Assembly (NCBI GenBank): GCA_963514005.1
Contig: OY740805.1
Location: 12,462,001 to 12,526,000, forward strand
DNA length: 64,000 bases
Direction: 5' to 3'
From: Raja brachyura
Lineage: Eukaryota
Part shown: positions 62,640 to 64,000 of the stretch, piece by piece
Position numbering within the stretch: position 1 is the stretch's first letter
Layout: the number at the start of each line of letters is the position of its first letter
Made by a program: the position numbers and the translations under genes
The notes under the pieces: generated by a model
Told to the model about the DNA's origin: nothing
Seen by the model: only the letters and a program-made list of their open reading frames with translations
Database searches by the model: none

Positions 62640-64000
62640 TGTTTTTAGCTTAGTTTAGTTTAGTTTAGCTTATTATCACATGTGAAGGTACTGTGAGAAG
62701 CTTTTGTTGAATGCTAACCAGTCAGCGGAAAGACAATACATGATTACAATCAAGCCATCCACAGTGTACAGATATGTGATAGAGCAAATAACATGAATAA
62801 CATTTAGTGCAAGATAATTCAAGTAAAGTCCAATTAAATAGCATCCAAAGGACTCCAATGAGCTAGATAGTAGGACAGTCTCCGTGTTGGTAAGATGATT
62901 CAATTGCCTGATAAAAGCTGGGAGGAAACTGTCCCTGAATCTGGAGGTGAGCTTTTTCACATTTCTGTTTCGCTTGCATGATGGGAGAGGGGAGAAGGGG
63001 AGTGGCTGAGTTGCGACTCGTCCTTCATTATTGCTGATGGCCTTGCTGAGGCAGCGTGAGGTGTACATGAAGTCCATGGAAGGGAGGTTGGTTTGTTGTG
63101 TTGGTCTGGGCTGTGTCTACAATTCTCTGCAATTCCTTGCAGTCTTGGATGGAACTGTTCCCAAACCATGCTGTGATACATCTCCATAAAATGCTTTCGA
63201 CGACGCATCTGTGTAGACATTGGTGAGAGTTGTTGGGGACATGCCAAACTTCCTAAACTTTCTTGAAGAAGTAGAAGTGTTGGTGTGTGTTCTTGGCCAT
63301 TGCTGCAGTATGGGTGGTCCAGGCCAAGTTGCTGGTGATGTTTACTTCTAGGAATGTAATGCTTTTAACCATCTCTACTTCGACCATGTGCTTATGACGT
63401 TACACACCAGCGTGGCATGCCAGCACCTTTTTAATAAGTTAAACATCATTATTTGGTTTCCTGCTCACCTGGCACATATGTTTATTACCAATATCTTTTG
63501 GTCTACAAAACAAGCTGGTGTTGGGCAAGTTACTGGAGGAGATTCCAAGGGACAGGAACTACCTGCCTTTGGATAGTCAAGGGTGAATAAGGGACTGTTA
63601 GCACAGATTTGTGTGTGTGAAATCATATCTCACAAATCTGTTTGAGTTTGTGAAGAGGTAATCAAAAGTATAACAAAGTTGTCCATATGGTCTTCAGCAA
63701 GGCCTTTGACAAGGTCCCATTTGAGCCCCCTGCTCTACACCATCTACACACATGACTGCACCTCCGCCCATCACAGCAACACCATTGTCAAATTTGCAGA
63801 TGACACTACGGTGGTGGGGCTCATCTCCGGGGGGGACGAGTACGCCTATCGGGATGAGGTGGAGCAGCTGACAGTGTGGTGTGGAGAAAATAACCTGCTC
63901 CTCACCACCTTAAAGACCAAGGAGATAATAATAGACTTCAGGAAGAACAAAACAGAACTGGTACCACTAATCATCAGAGGGGACTGTGTGGAGAGGGTGG
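62640..64000. mobile_element. Rex1/Babar fragments (62640-63390 on -, 63720-64000 on +) around a CR1 relic
   Basis: SPLPSCKR...SRFRDSFLPAFIRQLN; LSPLLYTIYTHDC...IVKFADDTTVVGLIS. Confidence 0.82.

Overview
Eukaryotic, repeat-dense vertebrate DNA with no intact host gene that I can recognise. The repeat content suggests a cartilaginous fish (skate/ray/shark); this is inferred from CR1/HER1-type LINEs with (TTTCTATG)n tails, HE1-type tRNA SINEs, Penelope, Rex1/Babar, Tx1 and Vingi-like fragments. The main feature is a near-intact 5.3-kb DIRS1-group tyrosine-recombinase retrotransposon (45871-51181). It has gag, pol (RT-RNaseH-adenine methyltransferase-like), a recombinase, terminal inverted repeats, an internal complementary region and an ATT target duplication. 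Its gag/pol overlap carries a U_UUU_UUA slippery site plus hairpin in the correct -1 phase, and candidate splice signals could make a separate recombinase mRNA. This DIRS lies inside an older opposite-strand DIRS, which lies inside a hAT-type element (39934-53263), which lies inside a CR1. At 21.5-36.6 kb there are duplicated non-TE segments that read like a decayed minus-strand Ig-superfamily receptor gene, interleaved with two 19/20-bp minisatellite arrays. A solo LTR with 44-bp tandem repeats lies at 61069-62251. All family assignments come from motif recognition by eye, not database searches. Boundaries of degenerate repeats are approximate.
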